In this document: positions 51,190-63,839 of the stretch, in pieces
Position numbering within the stretch: position 1 is the stretch's first letter
Layout of the letters: every line of letters begins with the position of its first letter
From: Okamejei kenojei
Lineage: Eukaryota
Assembly: GCA_035221665.1 (NCBI GenBank)
Contig: CM069159.1
Span: forward strand, 32,364,001 to 32,428,000
Length of the DNA: 64,000 nt
Direction: 5' to 3'
Notes under the pieces: generated by a model
Told to the model about the DNA's origin: nothing
Seen by the model: only the letters and a program-made list of their open reading frames with translations
Database searches by the model: none
Made by a program: the position numbers and the translations under genes

Positions 51190-52679
51190 CTGAGTGAGGC
51201 ACACCACTTCCTGGTTTTATAGTCCCTCCCCCAGCAGAAAGAATGGTGATTTTTAAAAAAACATTAATATCTCTCTGATTTTTCATCGATGGGAAACATC
51301 CTCTGGTCCAGTAAGGCGGGGGGGGGGGGGGGGGTCTCTGAGTGAGCTGGTCAAAAATGACGGCCATAGGTGGCGGCGTTCTTTCGGAAATGACACCACA
51401 GTGAGCCAAAAGCGGTGAAGATCAGACTTTTAGTAAAACATAGATATTTGGTATTAAGGGCAATTAAATTCTTATGTGCAGGAAGGAATCGCAGATGCTG
51501 GTTTACACCGAAGGTAGACACAAAAAGCTGGAGTAACTCAGCGGGTCAGGCAACATCTCTGGAGAGCAGGGATAGGGGAAGCTTTGGGTTGAGACCCTTC
51601 TTCAGACATTATGCCTTGTAGAACTTTATTTTAATTGAAAATTACTATTAAACAATGCTTCTTTAATCTAAATCTCTCTGTATTGTCTTTTCCATATTTC
51701 ATCAATTCAAAATTAATTTTAATTAAAAATCTTACTAATGATGGTTCAGCTTCGACTGCGGGTGGGAGATTGCGACCTTCACGTGGTCCACCCTGTTTCA
51801 ACTACTGCAATCAACTCGACCTTAACCTTCAACTTTAGGCTGTGCATGCCATGCACAAGTAGAAGATCCTACTGCGATCTAGGTGCAATTCCCAATTTAG
51901 TTCACGCCTGATAAAATGTTTTGAAGGTGGATTTGGTTTCAGATCTCCCTAGTTTGTGCGGCACGGTGGTGTAGCGGTAGAGTTGCTGCCTTACCGCACT
52001 GGCAGCGCCAGAGACTGGGTTCCATCCCGAGCTGTCTGCACGGAGTTTGCATGTTCGCCCCATGACCGCATGGGTCCGTGCCGACCCCCGATCCCCGCAC
52101 ATTAACACCATCCTACACACACTAGGGCCAATTTACCTACAAACCTGTATATCTTTGGAGTGTGGGAAGCAACCAAAGATCTCGGAGAAAACCCACGCAA
52201 ATCACGGGGAGAACATACAAACTCCGTAAAGACAGCACCCCGTAGTCCGAATTGAACCCTGGTCTCTGCCGCTGCAAGTGCTGTAAGGCAGCAACTCTAC
52301 CCCAGCGCCACCGTGTGGACTGTCAGCAGGGAGTCTGTACATTTTCCCTGTGACCGTGTGGGTTTTCTCCGGGTGCTCTGGTTTCATCCCACACTCCAAA
52401 GACGTTCAGGTTTGTGGGCTAATTGGCTTTGGTAAAATTGTCCCTCGTATGTGTAGGATAGTGTTAGTGTGGGGGGTCACTGGTCGGCACGGACTCGGTG
52501 GGCTGAAGGGCCTATTTCAGCGCTGTATCTGTAAACGAAAAAGGTTTCTGGTTGAGACCCTTTTTCAGACGGAAAAAGCCCCGTCATGTTGACAAAAAAT
52601 ACGAAAGACAACATTTCCTGCTCTCGAAATTGAAATTTTACTTTAGTTTTTTATTCTCACGTGCACTGAGGCAAGGTTA

Positions 52680-53986
52680 TAGGCTGTGGGCCGAGCATCA
52701 AAAATGTGTCTAGAAATACATTTACGTGACCCACGTCTCGGAACTACGTGACATTTTGCTCAGATTTAGATGAAATATAATTGAGAAGGAAGTCATAACT
52801 CGTCAGTGCCAAAAGTTGCACATTAATTAATTAAACTAATTAGAAAATGAGATCGGAAAAGTAAGCGCCATCTAGTGTCCAATGCCCATATTTATGACTT
52901 GTGAATATGACTGTAATCATATGTAATTATGTATAATTGTATTCTATAAAAATAATATAATGAATATAATTGTGAGGTTTTTTTTAATGAACTGCCGCAG
53001 AGGTCCTCCTGAATCAGCCAAATTAATAGGTCAGGGCAGTTCTTCTGGGTTCCCCCGTTTACTGAACCCCACTGACTGCCTATGTGCAGAGTGGGGGTCA
53101 CGGCCATAGTGGGACTGGGTCAGTGCCAGGCTGGGGAAGGCTACGGCAGGAAAATACCTAACCCTAACTCGCCCCCCCTCCCAGAGCTGCCCAGGGCTGG
53201 AGCTGGAGCCGCTTAGGGACTGGCTGCGGGCTCCGTACTGTGGCCGTGCAGCACATCCATCTCGGCCAGCATGCCCCACTGGTGGTGGCGATGGAGGGGG
53301 GGCAGCACTGCCTTGCACAACGCCCGGGCCGCCTTCAGCACCCAGATAGCTCCGGCTCCGTCAGACCGCCCGCTCGCTTGCTGCAACACCGGCCGGCCGA
53401 CTGACAACCCGACCGACTCCTCACAGTAACCGGAGGCCCGGCCCAACATTCACCTCCCGGTGGAGGCCTGGCCCAACGCTCACCACCGACGGCCCGACCA
53501 ATAGATTGACAGACAGACAGACTGACAGACTGACAAACAGACTGACCCGAATCCTAACCCTAGCTCTACATTTGTTATTTATCATTTTTATTTACCAGTA
53601 CACATTATAGCATTATAAAGATAAAGATAAATCAAATGAAAAAATCAAAAACAAAATGATCAGCAAGTTCAGCATTATCTTTATCCTTGGAAACCTTGTT
53701 GTAATGAGGAGGCAGCCATGATCCCAGCGTCCTCGCTGCCTAGCGACCATAAAACAAAGCGCGGCCAGTTTGCGTCTGACCTCAATGTCAAACGTGCATT
53801 GATTGGGCAATTACTACTCAGAAAAATTGAGGTTTTGCTCATATTTCTTAAAAATGTGCAGGTTTTGGTCTTGACGAGTTCCAGGTATGATTTGTATAAT
53901 ATTTTTAGACAATATGTTAAAAATTCAGGTAGTTCTGTGAGTTGGGTCACGAAACTAAACAAAAACGCTCCTCGGCCCACAGCCTG
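52680..53986. mobile_element. PIF/Harbinger-type non-autonomous DNA transposon
   Basis: TIR aggctgtgggccgag / ctcggcccacagcct, TTA TSD; empty site ggTTAcagtgaaaag at ~25030 and ~44815. Confidence 0.85.
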
Positions 53987-54376
53987 TTACAGCGAAAAGC
54001 TTTTTTTTTGTACAAGATTTCATGTACAAGCTATGTTTTATTCTCTTGCTATATTGATGATGATAATTAGGTGGTTATGAGAGAATTTCTAATGTGGGTC
54101 AAGAAAAAAATGTAATTCATTTTGATAATAAAATGGTATTGGTGAGTGGGAGTTGCTGTATATGTTTGAAGGCTCTTTGCTGTTTGCAGAACCCTAACAA
54201 TATATCATTAAATATTTTGTCATTGATCAGGCTGAACAGCCTTGTGGACTGTTTTCCGCAGCTGGAGTAGTCACAGGGTCAGGGATTCGATTACCACCAA
54301 CATATTGTGCAGATAGTTATTTACTGTAAGACTTGCGATACACAACCTTGCTACTTCTTCTTCTTCCGTCTCCTTA

Positions 54377-54831
54377 AGGGCCTGTACCACCAGCTTGCGA
54401 CTGCATGCGGCTAGTGCGACCTAACGTGGTCGCTTGAGCCGTACGGCCTCGCGGGGCCGGTCCCACTTTGATCGCCGGAGCCGTGAGCGGGGCTGGACCC
54501 GACATCGCGCAGGGCTCCGAAAAACTGACACTGTCCAAAAATCCCGCGCGCCAACAGCTTGTCGGCCCACAGCTGCTTTGATGTTGTACGCAGCGTCTTG
54601 ACGGCGTACGCCTAGCTCGTGGCGTTGCGTGATGACGTCACCGCCCGACGCCGTGCGACGTAAAAATTCAGTCGGCCCGCTTCCTGCCCAGCTGATTGGT
54701 GAGTATGATGTCGGGACCAGCCCGGCACAACTCCATACGCCTCCGTGGTTCGAAGTGGAACCGGCCCCACGAGGCCGTACGCCTCAAGCGACCACGTTTG
54801 GTTGCGCTAGACGCATGGTGGCACAGGCCCT
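54377..54831. mobile_element. Harbinger-type MITE with ~110-bp TIRs
   Basis: agggcctgt...acaggccct termini (same as the 8060 family), long internal inverted symmetry, tta/tca flanks. Confidence 0.8.
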
Positions 54832-55168
54832 TCATGCTACATAGCGGCTCGCCACTGCTGTACACATCGTAGCGCTCTAGGAGTGTTCAGTGCAAGGCCT
54901 GCAGTAGCACATGGATTATCCAGCAATGGGCACTGCAGTAGGTGTTGGATTGTCTGGGTCTGTGTGTGCCACAGTCCAGTTGTTGTACCCTCCATGTAGC
55001 CTCATTTGTGCATTGTCACCCTTGACCGCCCGACCCCGGTTCGCAGTCAGCTGAGACGTGTCCAGTTCAGCCGGTGTTGATCAGCGTCTGGTGGTAAGCG
55101 CTTCTGTAAACTCCCTTGTCATTGTTATCAGAATCTAGCAAGAGTTTAGCATTTTCTGCTCCATTATT

Positions 55169-55723
55169 ATTTTATTTTTTTACACGTTCAAAGAATGCCT
55201 ATATTGGCGTGTTACAAACAAAGTTATCAAATTAAAATATTAACATTTTTATCAACAATACATTCGACCTCCCGCGGTGATCAGCGTTCACAGAAGGCCT
55301 CCAGAGTCCCCGTGGACACCGCGCGTTCCCTCTCTAGGGACATGCAGGCACGGACGTAATCCTGGAAAAGGGGCGTGCAGCCGACCGCTGTGCGGACCAG
55401 CGAATGGCCATCTTGGCCAGGCCCAGGAGCAGACCGACAGGGAGATCCCCTCCTCCCTCCCGACCCTCCCCCCTCTGTACCGGGTGCCCAAAAATCAATA
55501 GCCTCGGACTAGAGTGGAGCCAAATCTTGAGGAGCAGCCCCTTCAGATACTCGAATAGGGGCTGCAACCTCACACACTCCATGTAGACATGGAACACGGT
55601 CTCATCTTCGCCGCAGAAGTGACAAGTGGCGGACGAGTCCGTGAACCGGCTCAAGTACCTGTTACAGGCCACGGCTTTGTGCAACACTCTCCACCCCAGG
55701 TCCCCGATGTAAAGGGGGAGGAC
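55169..55723 (-). mobile_element. 5'-truncated Tx1-type (L1 clade) LINE 3' end
   Basis: CHFCGEDETVFHVYMEC zinc finger (zf-RVT-like); T-rich tail at 55169; 14-bp TSD tctgctccattatt. Confidence 0.85.
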
Positions 55724-56614
55724 TCTGCTCCATTATTGGGACTTTTAGTTCTCCGTGCCCCAAAGAGATAGAGCGAGCAAACATGCTGACCATCAGCAAC
55801 CCATTTGCTCTGATGAATTTAGTTTAGTTTGGTCTCTTGTCCCATGTACCAAGATAGAGTGAAAAGCTTTTTGTTAATATTAATTTTAATGTGCCCCACA
55901 TTGTATCAACGTCCCCCAGATTCTACCACTCACCTACCGCCAGAGACCCAGGTTCGATCGTGACTATGCATGCTGTCTGTACGGAAGCTGTACGATTTCC
56001 CTGTGCCCACGTGGGTTTTGTCTGGGTGCCCTGGTTCCACCCCACATACCAAAGACGTAGGTTAATTGGAGATGATAGTGTTAGTGTGCGGGTAGACTAG
56101 TATCGCTGGTTGGCACCTACAAGGTGTGCCCAAGGCCCTGTTTCCCGCGTTACATCTCTAAATGAAATCCCACCACAGGGATAATCTGCAGCGGCCAATT
56201 GACCCACCGGCCGGCACGTCTTTGGGAAGTGGGAAGAAGCCCGATCACCCAGAGGAACCGCGCCCTGGCGTACACAAGCCCCAGACAGACAACAGCAAAG
56301 GTCAGGGTTGAACATGGATTACTATGTGGCCGTGGGATCCACCAACTGTACCCTGCACCCTAAATAACACAGTGGACGTCTACGCCAGTTGTGCACCCAT
56401 CCCTGATTACGCCACCAAACGGAATAGGTTGGGGGGGCTCCTCCAGCCATATGTTTGTTTTTCTTCAAGACAGCAAGGTGATTGGAATACCCTACCAGCC
56501 AGCATCAGCGATCTCCAAAGCATCACCACATACAAAGATGCTATTCCAAAAGCAGCTCCATCTCGACCAGCATGTCCACCACTATCATAGTGCTGTGTGA
56601 TGCTCTACCTGGAG

Positions 56615-57220
56615 CAGGGGTGGGGAACCTGCGGCCTTAAGGCCGCATGCGTCCTTCTAGGCCATTAAGTGCGGCCTTTTGAATGAATCCAAATTTTGTA
56701 GAACAAATCCTTTTATTTTTATTTACGAAGGAACTGCAGATGCTGGAAAATCGAAGGGAGACGAAAATGCTGGAGAAACTCAGCGCGTGAGGCAGCATCT
56801 ACGGAGCGAAGGAAGTAAGCGACGTTTCGGGTCGAGACCCTTCGTCAGGTCTGATGAAGGGTCTCGACCCAAAACGTCGCCTATTTCCTTCGCTCCATTG
56901 GTGCTGCCTCACGCGCTGAGTTTCTCAAGCATTTCTGTCTACCTTTTATTTTTATTAATATGTTTTTGTTCGTCTTTTATTATTTTAATTTTAATCTTAA
57001 AATGAACGTATTTAAAATACCAAAGAGTAAAAGAAGATTCAACTAAATAATCCTCCCCGACTGACGGCCACAATTAAAACATTAGTAAGTCATGATGGAT
57101 ATTTTAACAAAATAATGTACATTTTCAAGTATAACTAATTGAAGTTTTTTTGGATGCGGCCTTATTAGATTACAGCTAGCTTAATGCGGCATTCCGACCT
57201 GAAAAGGGTCCGCACCCCTG
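56615..57220. mobile_element. hAT (Charlie-like) MITE with nested Penelope-like repeat
   Basis: caggggtg...cacccctg TIRs, tgcggcc subterminal motifs, 8-bp flanks acctggag/aactagag. Confidence 0.8.
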
Positions 57221-58129
57221 AACTAGAGCTTTTCAGCGTACTACATCCAGATCCAGTTCCAGATCCAGAACAGGTTGATGCCCATTTTGCAAATCCTACT
57301 GCGAGACCTACTATCCAGGCCAGCAAACTGTCCGTTGTTCAACCATCAATAGCATTTAACACCTCATCTGCAGTAAAATCTTTTACGTGAATACCATTGT
57401 TAGCCTGAAATAAACGTGGGCTTAATATGTTCATATAAGCTTTATTATTCTGAATGGTAAAACAAGATTTGAACTACTTCTCCAGTCCTGTGGGACAACC
57501 CAGCTCTGCAGGCATCTCCTGCCCTGTGGGAACCTGGATCCTAGACACTGTTCTTCATTGCAACCTGTCCAAGTACTCAGTGGCGGCACCTTAGGGAAGA
57601 TGTTGAGACACTGACCTCGACAAATTGCCTTGTTCATGTCATCGGGGAAGAATTAGGCCATTTGGCCCATCAACTCCACCATTGAATCACAGCTGATCCA
57701 CTTTTCCTCTCAACCCCATTCTCTTGCCTTCTCCCCACAACCCTTGACTTCCAACGAATTCCACAGATTCACCACCCACTGACCAAAGAAAATCCTCCTC
57801 ATCCCCTTTCACAAGGTACGTCCTTTTATTCCGAGATTTTAATTGTTCCTCTCGGGTCCGTTCCCACATCTTCCAGGAGAGGGCAGCATCTCCATTTTGC
57901 TGAAGACTAGACGCAAAATGCTGGTGTAACTCAGTGGGACAGGCAGCATCTCTGGAGAAAAGGAATGGGTGACGTTTCTCGACCCGAAACACCACCCATT
58001 CCTTCTCTCCAGAGATGCTGCCTGCCCCGCTGAGTTACTCCAGCTTTTTGTGTCTAACTTCGGTTTAAACCAGCATCCTTCCCACACATCTCCATTTTGC
58101 TACCTTGTGCGGACAAACAAACAGCTGGG

Positions 58130-58303
58130 GACTATATTTAAGAGGGAGTTAGATGTGGCCCTTGTGGCTAAAGGGATCGGGGGGTATGGAGAGAAGGCAG
58201 GTACAGGATACTGAGTTGGATGATCAGCCATGATCATATTGAATGGCTCGAAGGGCCGAATGGCCTACTCCTGCACCTATTTTCAATGTTTCTATGTTTC
58301 TAT
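58130..58303 (+). mobile_element. CR1 3' end fragment
   Basis: Matches 26444-26617; tttctatg tail. Confidence 0.8.
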
Positions 58304-59476
58304 GACTGCAGCTGGAAAAGATTTTCACTCTGAAGAAATATCCCAACCTGGAACTTCGTCTGTGAATTTTCCTCCACAGATGCTGCCTGGCCCAATGAGT
58401 CTCTACTCTCTCCGAGTCTCTAATGATTTTTTTAATCCATATGTCCTTGTGTGGACCCTGAAAGACCAAGTCAACAAACTTTAGTAGAAACATGGAACTA
58501 CAGTTAGATTCCTGATTAGTGCGGGTGTCAGGGGTTAAGGGGAGAAGGCAGGAGAATGGGGTTTGAGGGAAAGATATGATTGAATGGCGGAGTAGCCATG
58601 AGGGGCCAAATGGCCTAATTCTGATCCTATCACTTATGAATTTAAGAACTGCAGATGCTGGTTTACCAAGGAAAGACACAAAGTGCTGGAGTATCTCAGC
58701 AGGTCAGGCAGTGGATAGGAGATGATTCGGCTTGAGTGATCAGAACCGACCCTTGTTCTCCAGAGAAGCTGCCTGACCCGCCGAGTTACTCCAGCACTTT
58801 GTGCCTTTTTTTCAACAAGCTTTAGACCAGCCACAAAATAAAGACAATATCCAACAGAGGGGGTAGTTGAAGCAGGTACTATGGCAACATTTAAGAAACA
58901 TTTGGGTAAGTACATGGATAGGATAGGTTTGGAGGGATATAGGGAAAATGCGGGCATGTGGGACTAGTGCAGAAGAGGCATGTTGGTAGATATGGGAAGG
59001 TTGGGCTGAAGGGCCTGTTTCTACGCTGTATGACTCTAAGCCTCAGTGGTGGAGAATTCACGAGCCCCCCAGTGAAGAAACCCCAGTCAGTGTTAAATGC
59101 CTTACCCGCTCCCATGGGTCCTGAACCCCCACCCAGGGGAACATTCTCCCTCCACGTAGCCTGCCAACCCCTGTCATAGATGTCAGTGAGATTCCCTCTT
59201 GTTGCTCCATATCCAATGAACGGGCGGCATGATGGTGCAGCGGTAGAGTTGCTGCGTTACAGCGCCGGAGACCCGGGTTCGATTCTGACTACTGGTGTTG
59301 TCTGTACGGAGTGTGTATCTTTTCCCTGTGACAGCATGGGTTTTCTCCTGGTGCTTGCCACACTCTGAAGATGTTAATTATGGCATCGGTAAAAATAGTA
59401 AATTGTCCCTGGTGTGTAGGATAATGTTAGTGTGCGGGGATCGCCAGTCGGCGTGGACTCGGTGGGGCAACAGGAC

Positions 59477-59760
59477 AATAGACAATAGGTGCAGGAGTAG
59501 GCCATTCGGCCCTTCGAGCCAGCACCGCCATTCAATGTGATCATGGCTGATCATCCCCAATCAGTACCCCGTTCCTGCCTTCTCCACATATCCCCTGACT
59601 CCGCTATTTTTATGAGCCCTATCTAGCTCTCTCTTGAAAGCTTCCAGAGAACCTGCCTCCACCGCCCTCTGAGACAGAGAATTCCACAGCCTCACCACTC
59701 TCTGTGAGAAAAAGTGTTTCCTCGTCTCAGTTCTAAATGGCTTTCTCCTTATTCTTAAAT
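59477..59760 (-). mobile_element. CR1 3' end nested in a SINE (59224-59800)
   Basis: caatagacaatagg tail; HFFSQRVVRLWNSL on the minus strand. Confidence 0.8.
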
Positions 59761-60479
59761 AGGGCCTGTTTCCGTGCTGTATCTCCAAACTAAACTAAAC
59801 TAAACAAAGTATCCAGTCGTCTCTTGTACGACAGATCCATCCATCACGGAATCCGTCTGGTGAACCTTTGTTGCAAAGATACACACAAAATGCTGGAATA
59901 ACTCAGTGGGACAGGCAGTAGTGGGTCTGGAGAGAAGGAGTGGGTGCATTCAGTTCAGTTCAGTTTTATTTGTCATATGTAGGTTAACACAGGGGCAACG
60001 GTACAATGAAATGTGTTTGACAAGACAACGGGTCACCTCAGCAATGATATTACAAATAAGGTTAAAAAAAAAGATAAGATAAAAGTGACATTGGTAGATA
60101 AAAGATAATAATAAATAAAATAATCCACATATATGATGCGTTTATGAGTTCAGAAGCCTGATGGCATGATGATAAAAACTGTTCTTAAGTCTAGTGGTAG
60201 ATGCAACCACGCTCCTGTATCATCTGCCGGACCGTATCAAGGAGAACAGTCTGCGTGCTGGGTGGCTAAAACTCACTTCATGGTAAATAAATCTTCTCTT
60301 GGTAGGTGACAGACACGTGTGTGACATCAATGGAGTTAATGCCCTCACTCCCACTCCCAAAACCTCACTCCACAAAGCTCAGCATTCAACATGTCCTCTC
60401 AGCTGCTTGTTTGCTTTTAGTAACCAGTGTTCAAGGACAACCAGAGTCCTTCCTGAGTCAGCATCACCATTTAAATCAA

Positions 60480-60880
60480 ATAGACACATAGAAAGTAGGT
60501 GCAGGAGGAGGCCATTTGGCCCTTCGATCCAGCACCGCCATTCATTGTGATCATGGCTGATCATCCACAATCAGTACCCCATTCCTGCCTTCTCCCCATA
60601 TCCCTTGATTCCGCTAGCCCCTAGAGCTCTATCTAACTCTCTTTTAAATTAATCCAGTGAATCAGCCTCTACTGCCTTTTGTGGCAGAGAATTCCACAAA
60701 TTCACAACTCTCTGGGTGAAAACGTTTTTTTCTCATCTCAGTTTTAAATGGCCTCCCCTTTATTCTTAGACTGTGGCCCCCTGGCCCTGGACTCCTCCAA
60801 CATTGGGAACATTTTTCCTGCATCTAGCTTGTCCAGTCCTTTTATAATTTTATACGTTTCTATAAGATGCCCCTCGTCCT
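60480..60880 (-). mobile_element. CR1 3' fragment
   Basis: Similar to 45121-45530. Confidence 0.8.
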
Positions 60881-60988
60881 TCTTCGAGGATGACTTGCCA
60901 ATTTTGCCTCATGTACATGATAATAATAAACTTAAACTTGTCTTTGAACTTTAGCCAAATCTGCTTTTAACTCTTCAACAAGCACTTA

Positions 60989-61308
60989 AACCCCTGTCCC
61001 ACGGTACGAGTTCATTCCAAGAGCTCTCCCGAGTTTGCCCTGATTCGAACTCGGAGATTTACGGTAATGGCCACTCGTCAGTACTCGGGGCTCTCGTGGA
61101 CATTTTTCAACATGTTGAAAAATCTTCACGAGTCTTCCCGTGCTTACCTGCCGTTAGCGAGTCTTCCCGAGTACCTGCCGTTAGCGCTAAGAGACGTCCC
61201 CGAGCTCCGACGTACCCGCTACGTTCATTCTCCGTGCTTACCACGAGTTTGATTTCTTTTAAACTCGGGAGAGCTCTTGGAATGAACTCGCACCGTGGGA
61301 CAGGACTA
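60989..61308. mobile_element. Harbinger-type MITE (same family as 8060-8367)
   Basis: cctgtcccacggt...accgtgggacagg TIRs, TTA flanks, shared internal sequence. Confidence 0.8.
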
Positions 61309-61869
61309 TTAGTTTAGTTTAAGGTAGACGAAAATGCTGGAGAAACTCTGCGGGTGAGGCAGCATCTATGGAGCGAAGGAAATAGGCGACGTTTTGGGTC
61401 GAAACCCTTCTTCAGACTTAGCTTAGTTTTAGTTTAGAGATATAGTGCGGAAACAGGCCCTTCGGTCCGTGCCGACTAGTGATTCCCACACACTAACACC
61501 ATCCTGTCTGCACACACTAGGGACGATTTGTACTTATACCAAACCAATTAAACCGCACGTCTTTGGAGTGTGGGAGGATTCCGAAGATCTTGGCGTTAAC
61601 CTACGTTGTCAGGGGGAGAATGTACAAACTCCATACGGACAGCGCCCATAGTCAGGATCCTACCCTGGTCTCGGCGCTGTAAGGCAGCAACTCTACCACT
61701 GCGCCAATGTGCCACTTTATTCTAATTTGCTTAGTTTGGAGATATAGCGTGGGAACAGACCTTCGGCTCATTGAGTCCACTGCCATCATCGATCACATGT
61801 TCGTTCACGCTAGATCTATGTTATTCCACTTTCTCATCATATCATCATCTCATTATATCATCTATAACT

Positions 61870-62370
61870 TTGGGCAGCATGTTATTGGAAAGATGTAGGA
61901 AAGCTGGAAAGGGGACAGAGAGGATTTATGAGGATGTTGCCAGGTCTAGACGGCCTGGTCTATCGGGAAAGGTTGAGTATGCTGGCTCTCTATTCCTTGG
62001 AGGGCAGGAAGATGAGGGGTGATCTTGTAGAGGTGTATAAGATTATGAGAAGAATACATCGGGTAGATGCTCAGAGTAGGTGAATCAGGGACCAGAGGAC
62101 ATGGGTTTAAGGTGAAAGGGAAAAGATTTAATAAGAATCTGAGGGGTAACTTTTTCAAGCAAAAGGATGGTGGGTGTATGGAACAATCTGCCAGAGGAGG
62201 TAGTTGAGGCTGGGACTATCCCAATGTTTAAGAAACAGTTAGACAGGAACATGGATAGGACAGGTTAGGAGGGATATGGGCCAAACGGAGGCAGGTGGGA
62301 CTAGTGTAGCAGGGACATGTTGGCCAGTGTGGGCAAGTTGGGCCGAAGGGCCTGTTTCCCCACTGTATTA
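61870..62370 (+). mobile_element. CR1-type LINE 3' fragment
   Basis: Similar to 20505-20912. Confidence 0.75.
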
Positions 62371-62885
62371 CTTCCACACCTCTATTTCTTCCTTCACAGA
62401 TCAGCTTCTAATAACAGTTGATCCAGTTTTTGGCCATTTGCTCTGATATTTCCTCAAGGGGTTTAATGTCAAACCTTTGTTTGATAACCCGTCTGTTTAG
62501 CTACATTTGCCGCAGCATAAATTTAAATTGTCATTGTTATTAAGTAGGTCGTTCCTTAAAGGCATAAAAAAAGTAACAGCGTGTGCCTGGGTTTACTCAA
62601 TAGCCGTTTCATTGTTCCCATCAAAACAAGCATGTCGGCGATGCGGTAAAGGTTATTTATCCATGGGGCATGATACCAAAGTGATGTATTTACAATCTTT
62701 GAACAAAGATCTCATTACAATTGTTGTGAAAGTCCCTGTTACAATGTATTTGGTATTTGTTGTTTCAAAGCTCACAAAGGCTTCACAATGTTACAACAAT
62801 GTTTCTTAACTGGAATATTTATGGAAGTTAAACCTGTATGTTTCTTGCTGTCTTTGGAGAAAATTAAACTGAAATTGTTAGCGGG

Positions 62886-63160
62886 GCAAGGGCGCAGCGG
62901 TAGAGTTGCATCCTGACAGTGCCAGAGTCCCGGGTTCGATCCTGACTACAGGTGCTGTTTGTACGGAGTTTGTATGTTCTCCCCGTGACCTGAGTGGGTT
63001 TTCTCCGGGATCTCCGGATTCATCCCACACTCCAAAGACGTGCAGGTTTGTAGATTAATTGGCTTGGTATAATTGTAAATTGTCCCTAGTGTGTGTAGGA
63101 TGGTGTTAATGTGCTATTAACACATGCTGTTCGGGCCTGTTTCTGCGCTGTTCCTCACAA
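62886..63160 (+). mobile_element. tRNA-derived SINE
   Basis: gcgcagcggtagagttg...ggttcgatcc head and V-SINE-like core. Confidence 0.75.
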
Positions 63161-63448
63161 ACAAAAAAAAACTAGAAGACAGCGCACAGATTTTTTTGTA
63201 ACCTAATCACTGGTTGAACAAGTGATAATTAACTACATTGTTTTCTTGGGAAGTGAGTTAAAGAGTCAATGGTGTTTAATAATCATGTGTACAATAGAAC
63301 AATGACATTCCGACTTGCTGCAGCTTCTTCTTATCGAGTCCACACACAAGATTAGAAATTGTTCAGCCAGAGCTGAACACACGTCTCGGCATCTGCACAC
63401 AATGGTGCCTTGTCGTGTGTTCAGCTTCTTGTGTGCGGTGGTGGAAAG

Positions 63449-63839
63449 CAAAGATCCTATAGCAAGCAAGATAGGCCACTCCTGCTAAATGCAACGGGCT
63501 GACATGTAGTACGCAACGGAGCGGAACGTGGGCCTTTTTTCATCCATTTCATCCATTTCACCCGACCCGACCCGACCCGACCCGACTCGCAGTGTAATCA
63601 ATGTTGCAGGGGAACAGTTTGTTTTAATAAATTAAAATTCTGAAAATGAAGAGAAGATTTTTACCAAATAACTTTTATTTTTTCACGAGGATGTCTCCGC
63701 ACTATTATCGTATCGGATCTTTGGTGCGTAGACGGAAGCCGGTTACGGAAATGGGGCCGAAAATTCCCCATGAATCTGCCCATGACCGGACTACGTTTTT
63801 TTCGTCGAGTGGACTATCTTGCTCGCTGTAGGATCTTTG
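63449..63839. mobile_element. MITE with ~30-bp TIRs and 8-bp TSD (P-element- or hAT-like)
   Basis: caaagatcctatagcaagcaagatag / ctatcttgctcgctgtaggatctttg; perfect TSD gtggaaag; internal (CCCGA)n. Confidence 0.85.

Larger units (their letters stand above)
50006..51444 (-). mobile_element. Non-autonomous Helitron-type element
   Basis: Minus strand reads A|TCTATG...CTAG|T with no TSD; empty site aagta|tatttgg in copies 1 and 2. Confidence 0.8.
44876..52680 (+). repeat. Tandem unit C (small apo-like gene copy 3)
   Basis: Begins with the same unit-start sequence (gaactagagt.tggaga.tggag) as 15417, 25088 and 36123; colinear with the other units. Confidence 0.85.

Noticed and set aside
53040-53500. 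CpG-island promoter of a downstream gene
   Set aside because: Lies inside a TIR/TSD-bounded transposon
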